Notes: generated by a model from the letters alone, not told the origin. Shown: positions 42,940 to 52,543, numbered from the stretch's first letter. The stretch is 64,000 nt of DNA from an uncultured delta proteobacterium (GCA_963767925.1 CAVYGB010000010.1:1536001-1600000), one strand, 5' to 3'. Translations and numbers: made by a program.

Positions 42940-43910
42940 GGCCCATCCTCTACGACTTCGGGATCGACCTCCCCCTGCTGGGCCCCCTCAACTTCCCGGC
43001 CTACTTCACCATGCTCGCCCTCAGCTTCGGGCTGGGCATGTGGATGACCTGGCGGGAAGCGCCCCGGCTCGGCATGGACCGGGAGCGGGTCCTCGACCTC
43101 ACCTTGTGGATGGTTGTCTGGGGCGTGCTGGGGGCGCGTGTGCTGCACGTGATCGCCGACGGTCACTTCTGGGACTACGTGCACCTGTGCACCGACCCCT
43201 CCCTGGTGCCGGCCACCGAGGCCAAGGTCCGCTTCTGCCGGGCCAGCGCCGAGTGCGGCTGGGACTACGTCTGCAACACCGCCACCAACACCTGCCACCC
43301 GCCCCGCGACTGCCTGGCGGCCATCAAGGTCTGGCGGGGCGGCCTGGCCTATTACGGCGGGTTCCTCTTCGCCACCGGCTTCGGTCTGTATTACGCCCGC
43401 AAGCACGCCCTGGGGATGTGGAAGATGGCCGACCTGGCGGCCCCCTGGATCGCCTTCGGGCTGGCCATCACCCGCCTGGGCTGTTTCCTCAACGGCTGCT
43501 GCTTCGGCAAGGTCTCCAGCCTGCCCTGGGCGGTGCGCTTCCCGCCCAACCGGGCCCTCGAGGAGGCCCAGGTCCGGGCCGGCCTCATCACGGCCGGCTC
43601 GCCCACCTTGCCGGTCCACCCCACCCAGATCTACCTCGCCGCTCTCAACCTGCTGACCTTCTTCCTGCTCTACTTCGTGCTGCGCGGGCGCAAGCGGTTC
43701 CACGGCCAGCTGTTCGGCTGGCTGCTGATCCTGAAGGGCGTGTTCCGCTCGCTGGTCGAGGTGTGGCGCGACGACGAGCGGGGGGTCCTGTTCGGCTGGC
43801 TCTCGACCTCGCAGATCCTCTCGCTGCCGCTGATCGCCCTCGGCGTCTGGCTGCTGCTCCGGCGCGGCCGGCTGCCCGGTGCCCTGGGGGCCGAGCCCGC
43901 CGGGCGATGA
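42936..43910 (+). CDS. lgt: Prolipoprotein diacylglyceryl transferase (copy 1, with Cys-rich insertion)
   Basis: ATGA overlap; GAR, WRGGLAYYGG, RLGCFLNGCCFG, HPTQIY, RSLVEVWR. Confidence 0.88.
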   Translation: MRPILYDFGIDLPLLGPLNFPAYFTMLALSFGLGMWMTWREAPRLGMDRERVLDLTLWMVVWGVLGARVLHVIADGHFWDYVHLCTDPSLVPATEAKVRFCRASAECGWDYVCNTATNTCHPPRDCLAAIKVWRGGLAYYGGFLFATGFGLYYARKHALGMWKMADLAAPWIAFGLAITRLGCFLNGCCFGKVSSLPWAVRFPPNRALEEAQVRAGLITAGSPTLPVHPTQIYLAALNLLTFFLLYFVLRGRKRFHGQLFGWLLILKGVFRSLVEVWRDDERGVLFGWLSTSQILSLPLIALGVWLLLRRGRLPGALGAEPAGR

Positions 43911-44800
43911 AGCCGGTCCTGCTCGAGCTCCGGCTGGGCGACGCCGCGGTCGCCCTGCCGAGCTACGGAGCGGCGGTGATGCTGGGCTTCGCGCTGGCCA
44001 CCTGGCTGGCGGTCCGCCGGGCCGGGCAGGTCGGGCTGCCCCGGAGCGAGGTCGTCGACCTGGCCTTCTGGCTGCTGGTAGCGGGGGTGGCCGGCTCGCG
44101 GCTGCTGTTCGTCCTGCTCAACGCCGGCGACTTCGCCCGCCTGTGCGCGTCGGGCGATTGCCTGGCCTCTCTCGAGGTGTGGGACGGTGGCCTCGTCTTC
44201 TTCGGAGGGGGGCTGGCGGCCGCGCTGGTGGCGGCCCGCTTCGTGCGCCGCCGCCGCTGGTCCTTCGCGGTTGTCGCCGACCTGCTCGCGCCCGCGCTGG
44301 CCCTGGGGCATGCCGTCGGACGGCTGGGCTGTTTCCTGGCCGGCTGTTGCTTCGGCAAGGCCTGCCCCGCCGCGGGCCTGCCCTGCGTGTCGTTTCCACC
44401 CGCCAGCGTCGCCCATGCGCACCTCGCGGCCGGCGGCGGGATCGGCCCGGGCGGGGACGCCACCGCCCCCCTGCACCCGACGCAGCTCTACGAGTCGGCC
44501 GCCCTCCTGGCCATCTTCTTCCTGATCCTCCTGTGGCGGCGCCGGCAGCGGTTCCACGGCCAGCTCTTCCTGATCTACCTGCTGGCCTATGGCCTCGTGC
44601 GGTTCGTCCTGGAGCTGTTCCGGGGGGACGTCACCCGGCGTTTCCTGCTCTCCCTGCCGGCGCCCGGCCTGGCCCGCGCCCTGGGCCTGCCCCCCGGCGA
44701 CCCGCTCCTGCTGTCGACCTCCCAGGCGCTGGGGCTGGCCCTCGCCCTTTTCGCCGCCGTCCTGCTCGTCGCCAGGACGCGCCGGGCGTCGAGCGGCTAG
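43907..44800 (+). CDS. lgt: Prolipoprotein diacylglyceryl transferase (copy 2)
   Basis: ATGA overlap; GSR, WDGGLVFFGG, GRLGCFLAGCCFG, HPTQLYE, RFVLELFRGD. Confidence 0.9.
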   Translation: MKPVLLELRLGDAAVALPSYGAAVMLGFALATWLAVRRAGQVGLPRSEVVDLAFWLLVAGVAGSRLLFVLLNAGDFARLCASGDCLASLEVWDGGLVFFGGGLAAALVAARFVRRRRWSFAVVADLLAPALALGHAVGRLGCFLAGCCFGKACPAAGLPCVSFPPASVAHAHLAAGGGIGPGGDATAPLHPTQLYESAALLAIFFLILLWRRRQRFHGQLFLIYLLAYGLVRFVLELFRGDVTRRFLLSLPAPGLARALGLPPGDPLLLSTSQALGLALALFAAVLLVARTRRASSG

Positions 44801-44899
44801 ACTAGACGCCGTCGTGCCTTTTTGTCCCATGCCCCCGCGGCCGCTCGCCAGCCGGTCAGCCCGGCCCGGCCGGCAAGGCCGGTTCCGCCGCGCCCTGAA

Positions 44900-44915
44900 C
44901 GGCACCGGGCTTGCA
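44900..44915 (+). promoter_or_regulatory. Candidate sigma54 -24/-12 promoter
   Basis: CGGCACCGGGCTTGCA matches GGCAC-N5-TTGCA, about 20-30 nt before the next start codon. Confidence 0.6.
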
Positions 44916-44946
44916 CCATAGGGCGTAGCTGTTGATGGGGTATTCG

Positions 44947-46194
44947 ATGCAGCCTTTTTCGTTTCTTTGCTCGTCGCGCCGCCCGCGGCTCCTGGCCCTT
45001 GCCGTGGCCCTGCCGGTCGTCCTGCTGGGGGACGCCGCCCTGCCACGCCTGGCCCAGGCCTACGACCCGGATCCCGTCACCGGGACCGGGACCACGCCCA
45101 CCGGCCTGACCAAGGACGACTTCGAGGACCTGCGCCTGTGGTCGCTCGACGGCGACGAGTGGGTCCCCTTCAACAACACCATCTACGAGACCTTCTTCAA
45201 CCGGGCCAACTGCCTGTGCAACGCGCCTCTGCGCATCCAGCTGCTGCTCAAGGCCAGCGCCCGGGCCAAGGTGACCCGGGGCGCCCGGGCCGACATCGTC
45301 CTGCGGGCGGGCGACCAGACCTGCGTCTGCACCGGCGCCAACTGCGCCAACCTCAACTGCAAGGACCTGGGCCCGGTCAAGGATCTGAACGGTCTCATCA
45401 ACGGCGGCCTCACCTTCGACACCACCGTGCGCGAGGTGTTCGAGGCCGGACGCCCCGCCACGGCCACCGGCAACGTCTGCGACCGCGACGAGATGCAGAA
45501 CCTCTGGGTCTGGATGGACAGCGACGACGCCGGCAGGGACACCGAGCTGACCGACTTCAGCAAGGCCATCGAGCTCGACGGTGTGCCGCCGCCCGCCCCC
45601 AGCGGCCTGCGCGTGACCCCGGGCAACGACGCCCTCGAGCTCGCCTGGGACCCGCTCGACTACCTCGACGACTTCCAGGGCTACATCGTCTTTTGCAGCC
45701 GGGGCGAGAACCTGCCCGTGTTCCCCGGCGCCTTTTCCCCGCTCTATTACACCCCGGCCGGCGTGTGCCCGGGCCAGACCACCGCCGGCGCCACCACCGG
45801 CGGCGGGGCGGTCGCCCAGGAACAACCCACCGGTGGATCGAGCGGACCCGCTCCGGTCGGCCTGGCCACGCTCGACCCCCAGTTCGTCTGCAGCAAGATC
45901 ATCACCGCCGAGTCGCGGCTGCGGCTGTTCCAGCTCCAGAACGGCATCCCCTACGCGGTGGCGGTGGCCTCGGTGGACAAGCGGGGCAACGCCAGCGTGA
46001 TCGACAGCGCCGTGCTGCAGGTCCCCATCCCCACCCGCGACTTCTACCGGAGCTACCGGGAGGGCGGCGGCTCGGCCGAGGGAGGGTTCTGCGCGATCGC
46101 CACCACCCGCGGCGCGCGCGAGCCCTGGCTGGCGCTGGTCGTGATCCTGCCCCTGGCCGCGCTGGCCATCCGCCGCGCCCGGAGGCGGCCGTGA
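44947..46194 (+). CDS. Secreted Cys-containing protein with FN3-like domain and C-terminal membrane anchor (MXAN_2561-like)
   Basis: Signal peptide; FN3-like PPPAPSGLRVTPGNDALELAW and LQNGIPYAVAVASVDKRGN; tail GGFC, hydrophobic helix, RRARRR. Confidence 0.7.
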   Translation: MQPFSFLCSSRRPRLLALAVALPVVLLGDAALPRLAQAYDPDPVTGTGTTPTGLTKDDFEDLRLWSLDGDEWVPFNNTIYETFFNRANCLCNAPLRIQLLLKASARAKVTRGARADIVLRAGDQTCVCTGANCANLNCKDLGPVKDLNGLINGGLTFDTTVREVFEAGRPATATGNVCDRDEMQNLWVWMDSDDAGRDTELTDFSKAIELDGVPPPAPSGLRVTPGNDALELAWDPLDYLDDFQGYIVFCSRGENLPVFPGAFSPLYYTPAGVCPGQTTAGATTGGGAVAQEQPTGGSSGPAPVGLATLDPQFVCSKIITAESRLRLFQLQNGIPYAVAVASVDKRGNASVIDSAVLQVPIPTRDFYRSYREGGGSAEGGFCAIATTRGAREPWLALVVILPLAALAIRRARRRP

Positions 46195-46955
46195 TCCGGA
46201 GGGCCGGCCTCGCCGCGCTCCTGGCGGCCGCCCTGCTGGGCGGCGGAGCCGCGCCGGCGGCCGCCCAGACCATCTTGCGCGAGGCGCAGGCTTACCGCAG
46301 CTCGCGCAACTTCATGCTCGAGCTGCGCTTCGGGCCCTATTCGCCCGACGTCGACGCCGAGTTCGGGGGCGCGGCCACCCCCCACCGGGACTTCTTCGGC
46401 AGCAAGCGGCGGCTGATGACCCAGGTCGAGCTCGACTACCAGCTCTTCCAGGGCTTCGGCAGCGCCGCGGTCGGCCTCTCGCTGGGCTACTTCAAGGAAG
46501 AGGCCCAGGCCTTCGCCGAGCCCGCTGACGGCGAGCCGGCCACCGTGCGGAGCGGGGACAAGTCGCGCCTATCGCTGTACCCGGTGGCCGTGCTGGGGGT
46601 CTATCGCGCCGACCAGCTCTGGCACTTCATGCGCATCCCCCTGGTCCCCTACGTCAAGCTCGGGCTCAACTACACCTTCTGGAACGTCTACGACGGCAAC
46701 GACCGCGTCGCCACCGCCAGCCCGAGCGGGCGGGGCCGGGGCGGCACCTGGGGCTGGCAGGCGGCCGCCGGCCTCTCCTTCGTGATGAACGTGATCGACC
46801 CCGGCGCCGCGCGCGAGCTGGACTCGGAGACCGGGATCAACAACACCCAGGTCTTCTTCGAGGTGGCCAAGTTCGCCGTCTCCGGCCTCGGCCAGGACAA
46901 CCGCATGCACCTCGGCGACGCCACCTGGCTCACCGGCCTCGCTTTTGAATTTTGA
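46191..46955 (+). CDS. Outer-membrane beta-barrel protein (MXAN_2562-like)
   Basis: GTGA overlap; signal peptide; amphipathic strands (LVPYVKLGLNYTFW); C-terminal WLTGLAFEF BAM-type signal. Confidence 0.75.
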   Translation: MIRRAGLAALLAAALLGGGAAPAAAQTILREAQAYRSSRNFMLELRFGPYSPDVDAEFGGAATPHRDFFGSKRRLMTQVELDYQLFQGFGSAAVGLSLGYFKEEAQAFAEPADGEPATVRSGDKSRLSLYPVAVLGVYRADQLWHFMRIPLVPYVKLGLNYTFWNVYDGNDRVATASPSGRGRGGTWGWQAAAGLSFVMNVIDPGAARELDSETGINNTQVFFEVAKFAVSGLGQDNRMHLGDATWLTGLAFEF

Positions 46956-47703
46956 TCCGGTCAGGCGCGCCCGCAACCTCCGGGTGCTGATCGAATACGA
47001 CGGCACCGAGTTCGCCGGCTGGCAGCGGCAGGACGGGCAGCGCACGGTGCAGGGCTGCCTCGAGGCGGCTGTGCTGGCGATGACCGGGGAGGCGCCCTTC
47101 GTACGCGGGGCCGGCCGCACCGACGCCGGCGTGCACGCCCTCGGACAGGTCGCCACCTTCCAGACCGACGCCCGCATCCCCGCGGCCGGCTTCCTGCGCG
47201 GCCTCAACAGCCACCTGCCCGGGGACATCTCCGTGCGCGAGCTGGCCGAGGCGCCGCCCGACTTCGACGCCCGCCGCTCGGCCCGGGGCAAGCTCTACCG
47301 CTACCAGCTCTGGAACGATCCCGTGCGCGCGCCCCTCGTCGCCCGCACGAGCTGGCACTGCCGGGCGCCCCTCGACCTCCCGGCCATGCGCGCCGCCGCC
47401 GTCCACTTCGTCGGGGAGCACGACTTCGCCGCCTTCCGCGCCTCGGATTGCGAGCGCCGGACCACCGTGCGCCTGATCCGCCGCTTCGACATCGAGGCGG
47501 CCGGCCCCCTCGTGCGCTGCGAGGTGGAGGGGACCGCCTTCCTCAAGCACATGGTCCGCATCCTCATCGGCACCCTGGTGGGCGTGGGCCGCGGCGGCCT
47601 CCGCCCCGAAGACGTCGCCCGCATCCTGCAGGGACGCGACCGCACCAGGGCCGGCGTCACCGCCCCCTCCCGCGGCCTCACCCTGGTTCGCGTCGACTAC
47701 TGA
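46945..47703 (+). CDS. truA: tRNA pseudouridine(38-40) synthase
   Basis: EYDGTEFAGWQRQ, GAGRTDAGVHA, FLKHMVRI; start codon uncertain. Confidence 0.97.
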   Translation: MNFDPVRRARNLRVLIEYDGTEFAGWQRQDGQRTVQGCLEAAVLAMTGEAPFVRGAGRTDAGVHALGQVATFQTDARIPAAGFLRGLNSHLPGDISVRELAEAPPDFDARRSARGKLYRYQLWNDPVRAPLVARTSWHCRAPLDLPAMRAAAVHFVGEHDFAAFRASDCERRTTVRLIRRFDIEAAGPLVRCEVEGTAFLKHMVRILIGTLVGVGRGGLRPEDVARILQGRDRTRAGVTAPSRGLTLVRVDY

Positions 47704-47719
47704 GAGGGGAGGCCCGCGC

Positions 47720-48511
47720 TCAGGTGGGGCCCAGCTTGCCCTCGCCGGCGCGTTCGGGGGGCGTCCCGGACGGCGGCGGCGGGGCGAGGGCGGCGGTGGG
47801 GTCGAGCATCTTGCCGATGGCGGCGCGCACGCGTTCCAGCAGGGCGTGGCGATCGGCGTCGGTCAGGCCGGTGGTGGGGACCGGCTCGCCGAAGGTGACG
47901 TGGACGTGGCCCGGCCGCAGCAGCAGGCTCGAGCGCGGCATGCAGGCCCGGGTCCCGTGCAGGGCGATGGGCACCACCGGCACGCCGGCCTCTATCGCCA
48001 GGTGAAAGCCGCCCTTCTTGAAGGCGCCGAGCCGGCCGTCGCGCGAGCGGGTCCCCTCGGGAAAGATCAGGACCGAGTCGCCGCCGCGGATGCGGCGCCC
48101 GGCCTCGTCGATGCTGCGCCGGGCGGCGATGGCGTTGGCCCGGTCGACGAAGATGAAGCGACCGGCCCGCATGCCCCAGCCCAGCAGGGGAATCGCCCCG
48201 AGCTGCTTCTTGGCGATCATGCGCACCCGCAGCGGCAGGGCGGCGTACAGCGCCCAGATGTCGACCGCCGACAGGTGGTTGGCCATGAAGACGTAGGTCT
48301 GGTCCTTGCTGAGGCGCCCCCGCCACTCGACCGTCACCGTCACGCCGGCGAACCACAGCACCGCCCGCGACCAGAGCCGCGCCAGATCGATCACCCGATC
48401 GCCGCTGGCATCGAACAGGCGCGCGACGAGGGCCGCCAGCGCGCCAACGATCGTGGCCACCGCGATGAAGGTGCTCGAGACGACGGAGCGGATGGAATTG
48501 ACGAGACGCAT
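47720..48511 (-). CDS. plsC: 1-acyl-sn-glycerol-3-phosphate acyltransferase
   Basis: NHLSAVD (H-x4-D), FVDR, FPEGTRS, FKKGGF. Confidence 0.9.
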   Translation of the reverse strand: MRLVNSIRSVVSSTFIAVATIVGALAALVARLFDASGDRVIDLARLWSRAVLWFAGVTVTVEWRGRLSKDQTYVFMANHLSAVDIWALYAALPLRVRMIAKKQLGAIPLLGWGMRAGRFIFVDRANAIAARRSIDEAGRRIRGGDSVLIFPEGTRSRDGRLGAFKKGGFHLAIEAGVPVVPIALHGTRACMPRSSLLLRPGHVHVTFGEPVPTTGLTDADRHALLERVRAAIGKMLDPTAALAPPPPSGTPPERAGEGKLGPT

Positions 48512-48662
48512 GGCGGAACCCGGGCGGCGGGCGAGAAGTTACTGCAACGGGGACGGGCGCGGCCAGGTTTTCGGGCCAAGCCCCTAGGGCTCGACCCGGC
48601 TTTGACGCCCGCGATGTACAGCCGGGGCTGTGCCGGCCCCATAAGGACGGGTGGCCTGGCGG

Positions 48663-48692
48663 TTGACGACTGAACACGCGCTCAGCTATACC
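48663..48692 (+). promoter_or_regulatory. Candidate sigma70 promoter
   Basis: TTGACG-N18-TATACC upstream of a strong GGAGGAG RBS. Confidence 0.4.
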
Positions 48693-48730
48693 GCCGGGGG
48701 TCGATACAAACCATCGGGAGGAGGAGAACG

Positions 48731-49333
48731 ATGAACCTGAAAAGCGTGATCTCTGGCTGTCTCGGCGTCGCCCTGGCGGCGGGTATGGCGGTGGCCCAGG
48801 ACAAGAAGAAGGGCGGCAAGGAAGCCGACCCCGAGGCCATGATGGCAGCCTACGAGAAGGCGGCCACGCCCGGTGAGCAACACCGGCTGCTGCAGAAGCA
48901 GGTCGGCACGTGGAACCTCACGCTCAAGAGCTGGGGCACGCCCGACGGACAGCCGATGGAGTCGACCGGCACCGCCGAGAGCAAGTCGATCCTCGGCGAC
49001 CGCTACATCCAGACCTCGGTCACCTCGAACATGATGGGCAAGGCGTTCACCGGGCTCGGCACCACCGGCTACGACAACGCCCGGAAGAAGTTCGTGGGCA
49101 CCTGGATCGACTCCATGTCGACCGGGCTGATGATTTCCGAGGGGACGACCGATCCCACCGGCAAGGTGTTCACCACGCAGGCCGTGTCCACCGACCCGCT
49201 GACCGGCAAGCCGTCCAAGATGCGCATCGTCAGCACCTGGGAGGGCGACGACAAGATCGTCGAGGAGTTCTTCGAGAAGAAGGGCGGCAAGGAGGTCAAG
49301 ATGATGGAGATCACCTACATCCGGGCCAAGTAG
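48731..49333 (+). CDS. DUF1579 family secreted protein
   Basis: Signal peptide; TPGEQHRLL, GYDNARKKFVGTWIDSMST, KMMEITY. Confidence 0.88.
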   Translation: MNLKSVISGCLGVALAAGMAVAQDKKKGGKEADPEAMMAAYEKAATPGEQHRLLQKQVGTWNLTLKSWGTPDGQPMESTGTAESKSILGDRYIQTSVTSNMMGKAFTGLGTTGYDNARKKFVGTWIDSMSTGLMISEGTTDPTGKVFTTQAVSTDPLTGKPSKMRIVSTWEGDDKIVEEFFEKKGGKEVKMMEITYIRAK

Positions 49334-49554
49334 CCAGTCGCTCGACCAGGGGCCAGGCTCCGGCGCCTCCCGGGGGCCCGGGCCGGCCACCCCTGGGGCG
49401 ACCACCCGCTGGTCTGGGACGACGTACCGCCGGTGTAACGAGCGGACGGGTGCCAGCGGCCAACGTCGCAGACTGACTGGAGTTGCCCCCCCGAGCCGTG
49501 CCCCCGAGAGAAGGCCGGCCTTCCCCTGCAAACGCGGGCACGGCGAAGCGCCAG

Positions 49555-50499
49555 GTGATATCCTCTGGCAGGTTGGATTTCCGCAAGTCCTTTTACATCC
49601 TGCCGAATCTGTTCACGCTCTCCTGCGTTCTGTGCGGATTCGTGTCGCTGGCGCTGTCGTCGACAGGGGGCGCGGATGAAAACCTCTACCTGGCGGCGCT
49701 CGCCATCTGCTTCGGGTTCTTCTTCGACACCTTCGATGGCCGGGTCGCCCGGTTGACGAAGACCCAGACCGACCTCGGGCGCGACCTCGATTCGCTGGCC
49801 GACGTGATCACGTTCGGCGCGGCCCCCGCCCTGCTGGTCTACCGCTGGGGCCTCACCAGCTTCGGCCGCCTGGGCATCCTCATCGCCGGTCTGTTCGTCT
49901 GCGCGGGCGCCCTGCGGCTGGCCCGCTTCAACGTGCTGTCGCGCCGGGAAGAGGCGGGCGGCCAGAAGAACCCCGGCAAATACATCCTCGGGCTCACCAT
50001 CCCGACCGCCGCCAGCGTGCTGGTGTTCATGGTCATCGTGAGCCACAACGCTGGGCCCTTTCGCCTGATCAGCGAGAGCTCCACCGCGATCATCGTGCTG
50101 ATCCTGTCGGCCTTGATGGTCTCGCGGGTCCGCTTCCGCTCGTTCAAGGACGTCCGCCTCACCGGCAAGACGGTCGGCGTGTTGCTGCTGGTCATCGGCG
50201 CCGCGACCGCGATCATCTTCGCCGGGCTCGAGAAGGCGTTCATCTTCCTCCTGCTCGTGCTGGCCTATATCGGGCTGGGCCTGGCCGAGGAGATCATCTT
50301 CTTCCGCTCGCGCCGGCTGGAGGCGCGGGACGCCGCCCGCCCCCAGCCCAGTCCGGCCGCCGGCGAGGAAGAGGTCCTGCGCGAGCTCGGCGCCTTCGAC
50401 TCGGACGACGATCCCGGGGAAGGGACGAACCAAGAAGTCCGACAAGACGGCCGCCCCCTCCCCGGCCCCCTCTCCGGCCGGCAAGCCAAGACCCGCTGA
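49555..50499 (+). CDS. pssA: CDP-diacylglycerol--serine O-phosphatidyltransferase
   Basis: ILPNLFT, DTFDGRVAR, LDSLADVITFGAAPA, LRLARFN. Confidence 0.92.
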   Translation: MISSGRLDFRKSFYILPNLFTLSCVLCGFVSLALSSTGGADENLYLAALAICFGFFFDTFDGRVARLTKTQTDLGRDLDSLADVITFGAAPALLVYRWGLTSFGRLGILIAGLFVCAGALRLARFNVLSRREEAGGQKNPGKYILGLTIPTAASVLVFMVIVSHNAGPFRLISESSTAIIVLILSALMVSRVRFRSFKDVRLTGKTVGVLLLVIGAATAIIFAGLEKAFIFLLLVLAYIGLGLAEEIIFFRSRRLEARDAARPQPSPAAGEEEVLRELGAFDSDDDPGEGTNQEVRQDGRPLPGPLSGRQAKTR

Positions 50500-50519
50500 C
50501 CGGACGGGCGACCGGCGGA

Positions 50520-50633
50520 CCCCTCACGCCTCCCTCTCCCGCTGCCGCGGGGCGAGGGCGAACGACTCGCCAGGTGCCCCGATCACCCTCCGACCAAGCA
50601 CCCCCCGGGGGAGGGGGAGGGGGAGGGGTGAGG
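50520..50633. repeat. REP-like repeat (third copy) plus a degenerate inverted partner
   Basis: 50520-50563 CCCCTCACGCCTCCCTCTCCCGCTGCCGCGGGGCGAGGGCGAAC matches the 31991/32160 family; GGGGAGGGGTGAGG at about 50620-50633. Confidence 0.85.
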
Positions 50634-50657
50634 ATCTCCTCCGGTCGCCGCTTTCGA

Positions 50658-51080
50658 TCAGGCCTTGGGAGCCGGGGCGGCGGGGGGCGGAGCGCCCTTG
50701 CGCTCGCCGTCGTCGATCTCGACGAAGATGCCGTAGACGATGGCCAGGGCGGGCGCCACCAGCAGCGGGATCTGCAGGAGCGGCCGGTCGCCGGCGCCGA
50801 GCTGCTCCGGCAGCGGGAGCGTGACCCCGCCGAGGAACTTGCTGGCGCCCCAGTACAGGCCGGCGCAGACCGCGGCGCCGAACAGGCCCTTCAAGGCCGG
50901 GGTCCACATCGTCTCCTGCCGCCACACGGCCTTGCCGCAGACCAGGCCGACCAGGAACCCCACCGCCGCGTAGGTCGCGTAGGCCATCGGGCCCGAGGTG
51001 ATGCCCAGCTTCATGGCCGCGTAGCCCAGTCCGGCGCCGATGAGCGTCCCTTTGATGATCCCGAGTAGCACGCGCACCAT
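50658..51080 (-). CDS. Hypothetical membrane protein (about 4 TM helices)
   Basis: MVRVLLGIIKG start; four hydrophobic segments; C-terminal EIDD. Confidence 0.75.
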   Translation of the reverse strand: MVRVLLGIIKGTLIGAGLGYAAMKLGITSGPMAYATYAAVGFLVGLVCGKAVWRQETMWTPALKGLFGAAVCAGLYWGASKFLGGVTLPLPEQLGAGDRPLLQIPLLVAPALAIVYGIFVEIDDGERKGAPPPAAPAPKA

Positions 51081-51145
51081 GGTGCCTGGGAGTATAGCAG
51101 CCAGGCACCCCGGGAGGGCGGTGTCCGTGGCTGGCGCAGGGCCGC

Positions 51146-52543
51146 CTACTGCTTGGCGACCGGAGCCCCGCTGGACTGTGACGGCGGCGGCAACGCGCCC
51201 CGGAAGCTCTGCAGAAACGGCCGGATCGTGGCCAGGAAGGCCGCCCGATCGGGGACCGCCGCCTCGCGGACCGACTGCAGCCTGGTGGGGTCGATGAAGG
51301 CCCCGTTCCGGGTCACCGCGAAGTGCAGGTGGGGGCCGGTCGAGAGTCCCGTGGTGCCCACGTATCCGATGAGGTCCTTCTGGCGAACCTGCCGGCCCGC
51401 CCGCATCCCCGCGGCGAAACGCTGCAGGTGGTAGTAGCGGGTGGCCAGGCCGTTGCCGTGCTGGATGACGACGGTGTTGCCCGAGCCGGGCTTGCCGCCG
51501 CACTCGACCACCCGGCCGGAGGCCGAGGCCCAGATTGGCGTCCCGGTCGGGGCAGCATAGTCGACCCCCAGGTGGGCCTTGGTCCGGTGCAAGATGGGAT
51601 GAAAGCGCTTGCGATCGAACTTCGAGCTGATGCGCACGAACCGCAGCGGCGTCTTCAGGAACGACTTGGCGATGGCCTGTCCGCGCTCGTCGTAATATTG
51701 CAGGGGCCCCCCGCCCGCCCCCGGAGCATGGGCGAAGGCCCGCAGGGTCCCCACCGTGCGGCCGCTGTATTCGGCGGCCAGGATGCGCCCGTAACGAAAG
51801 AACTGCTTGTCGAGGTAGTGCTTCTCCACGACCACCCGCCAGCGGTCGCCCGGGTGCGTGTCGGTGTAGAAGTTGATGTCCCAGGCGAACAGGTCGACGA
51901 GCTGGCTGACCAGCGCCGGGCTCTCCCCGGCCTTCGAGATCGAATCGTAGAGCGACGAGTCGATGGCCCCGCCGGCCTCCGAGGCCTGCACGTCGACCGG
52001 CTTTTCCTCCTTGCGCCCGCTCCAGCTCCCCTCCCGCCCGGAGGCGGCGACGACCACGTAGCGCAGCAGGGGGCTCGGCAGGTACTCGAAGGACTGGGGC
52101 GCCCCCTCGGGATCGAACGTCACGGTGTACCGATCGCCGGGGCGAATCGACTTGGGATCGACGAGTCGGGACAGCGCGCGCAGCACGGCGGGGGCAGCGG
52201 CGCCAAGCCCCTCGCGGGCCAGCAACTCGTACAGCGTGTCGTCGGTCCCGATGGTCCCCTCGACCGTGCGCCCCTCCGCGTCCGGCAAGACGCTGTCCGC
52301 TACCGGCGCGCGCGGCGCGGGAGTGGCCGGCAACACCGCGGCCGGCGTGGAGAGCACCGCCGTCTTGCTGGCCGCCGGCTCCTTCAGCTTCGTGAGCGAC
52401 GTGCCGTCATGGAAGAAAAAGACGTACACGTTGACCGCGGTGAGCGCGATCAGGACCAGCGTCACGCGCACAGAGCGTCGCAGCTCCGAGCTTCGACGCC
52501 GGCGCAGGTTCTTTCGGCGGCGGGCCACACTCCAGAGCACCAC
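51146..52543 (-). CDS. Peptidoglycan DD-metalloendopeptidase, M23 family (MepM-like)
   Basis: N-terminal TM; RFHPIL, HLGVDYAAPTGTP, YVGTTGLSTGPHLHF. Confidence 0.93.
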   Translation of the reverse strand: MVLWSVARRRKNLRRRRSSELRRSVRVTLVLIALTAVNVYVFFFHDGTSLTKLKEPAASKTAVLSTPAAVLPATPAPRAPVADSVLPDAEGRTVEGTIGTDDTLYELLAREGLGAAAPAVLRALSRLVDPKSIRPGDRYTVTFDPEGAPQSFEYLPSPLLRYVVVAASGREGSWSGRKEEKPVDVQASEAGGAIDSSLYDSISKAGESPALVSQLVDLFAWDINFYTDTHPGDRWRVVVEKHYLDKQFFRYGRILAAEYSGRTVGTLRAFAHAPGAGGGPLQYYDERGQAIAKSFLKTPLRFVRISSKFDRKRFHPILHRTKAHLGVDYAAPTGTPIWASASGRVVECGGKPGSGNTVVIQHGNGLATRYYHLQRFAAGMRAGRQVRQKDLIGYVGTTGLSTGPHLHFAVTRNGAFIDPTRLQSVREAAVPDRAAFLATIRPFLQSFRGALPPPSQSSGAPVAKQ

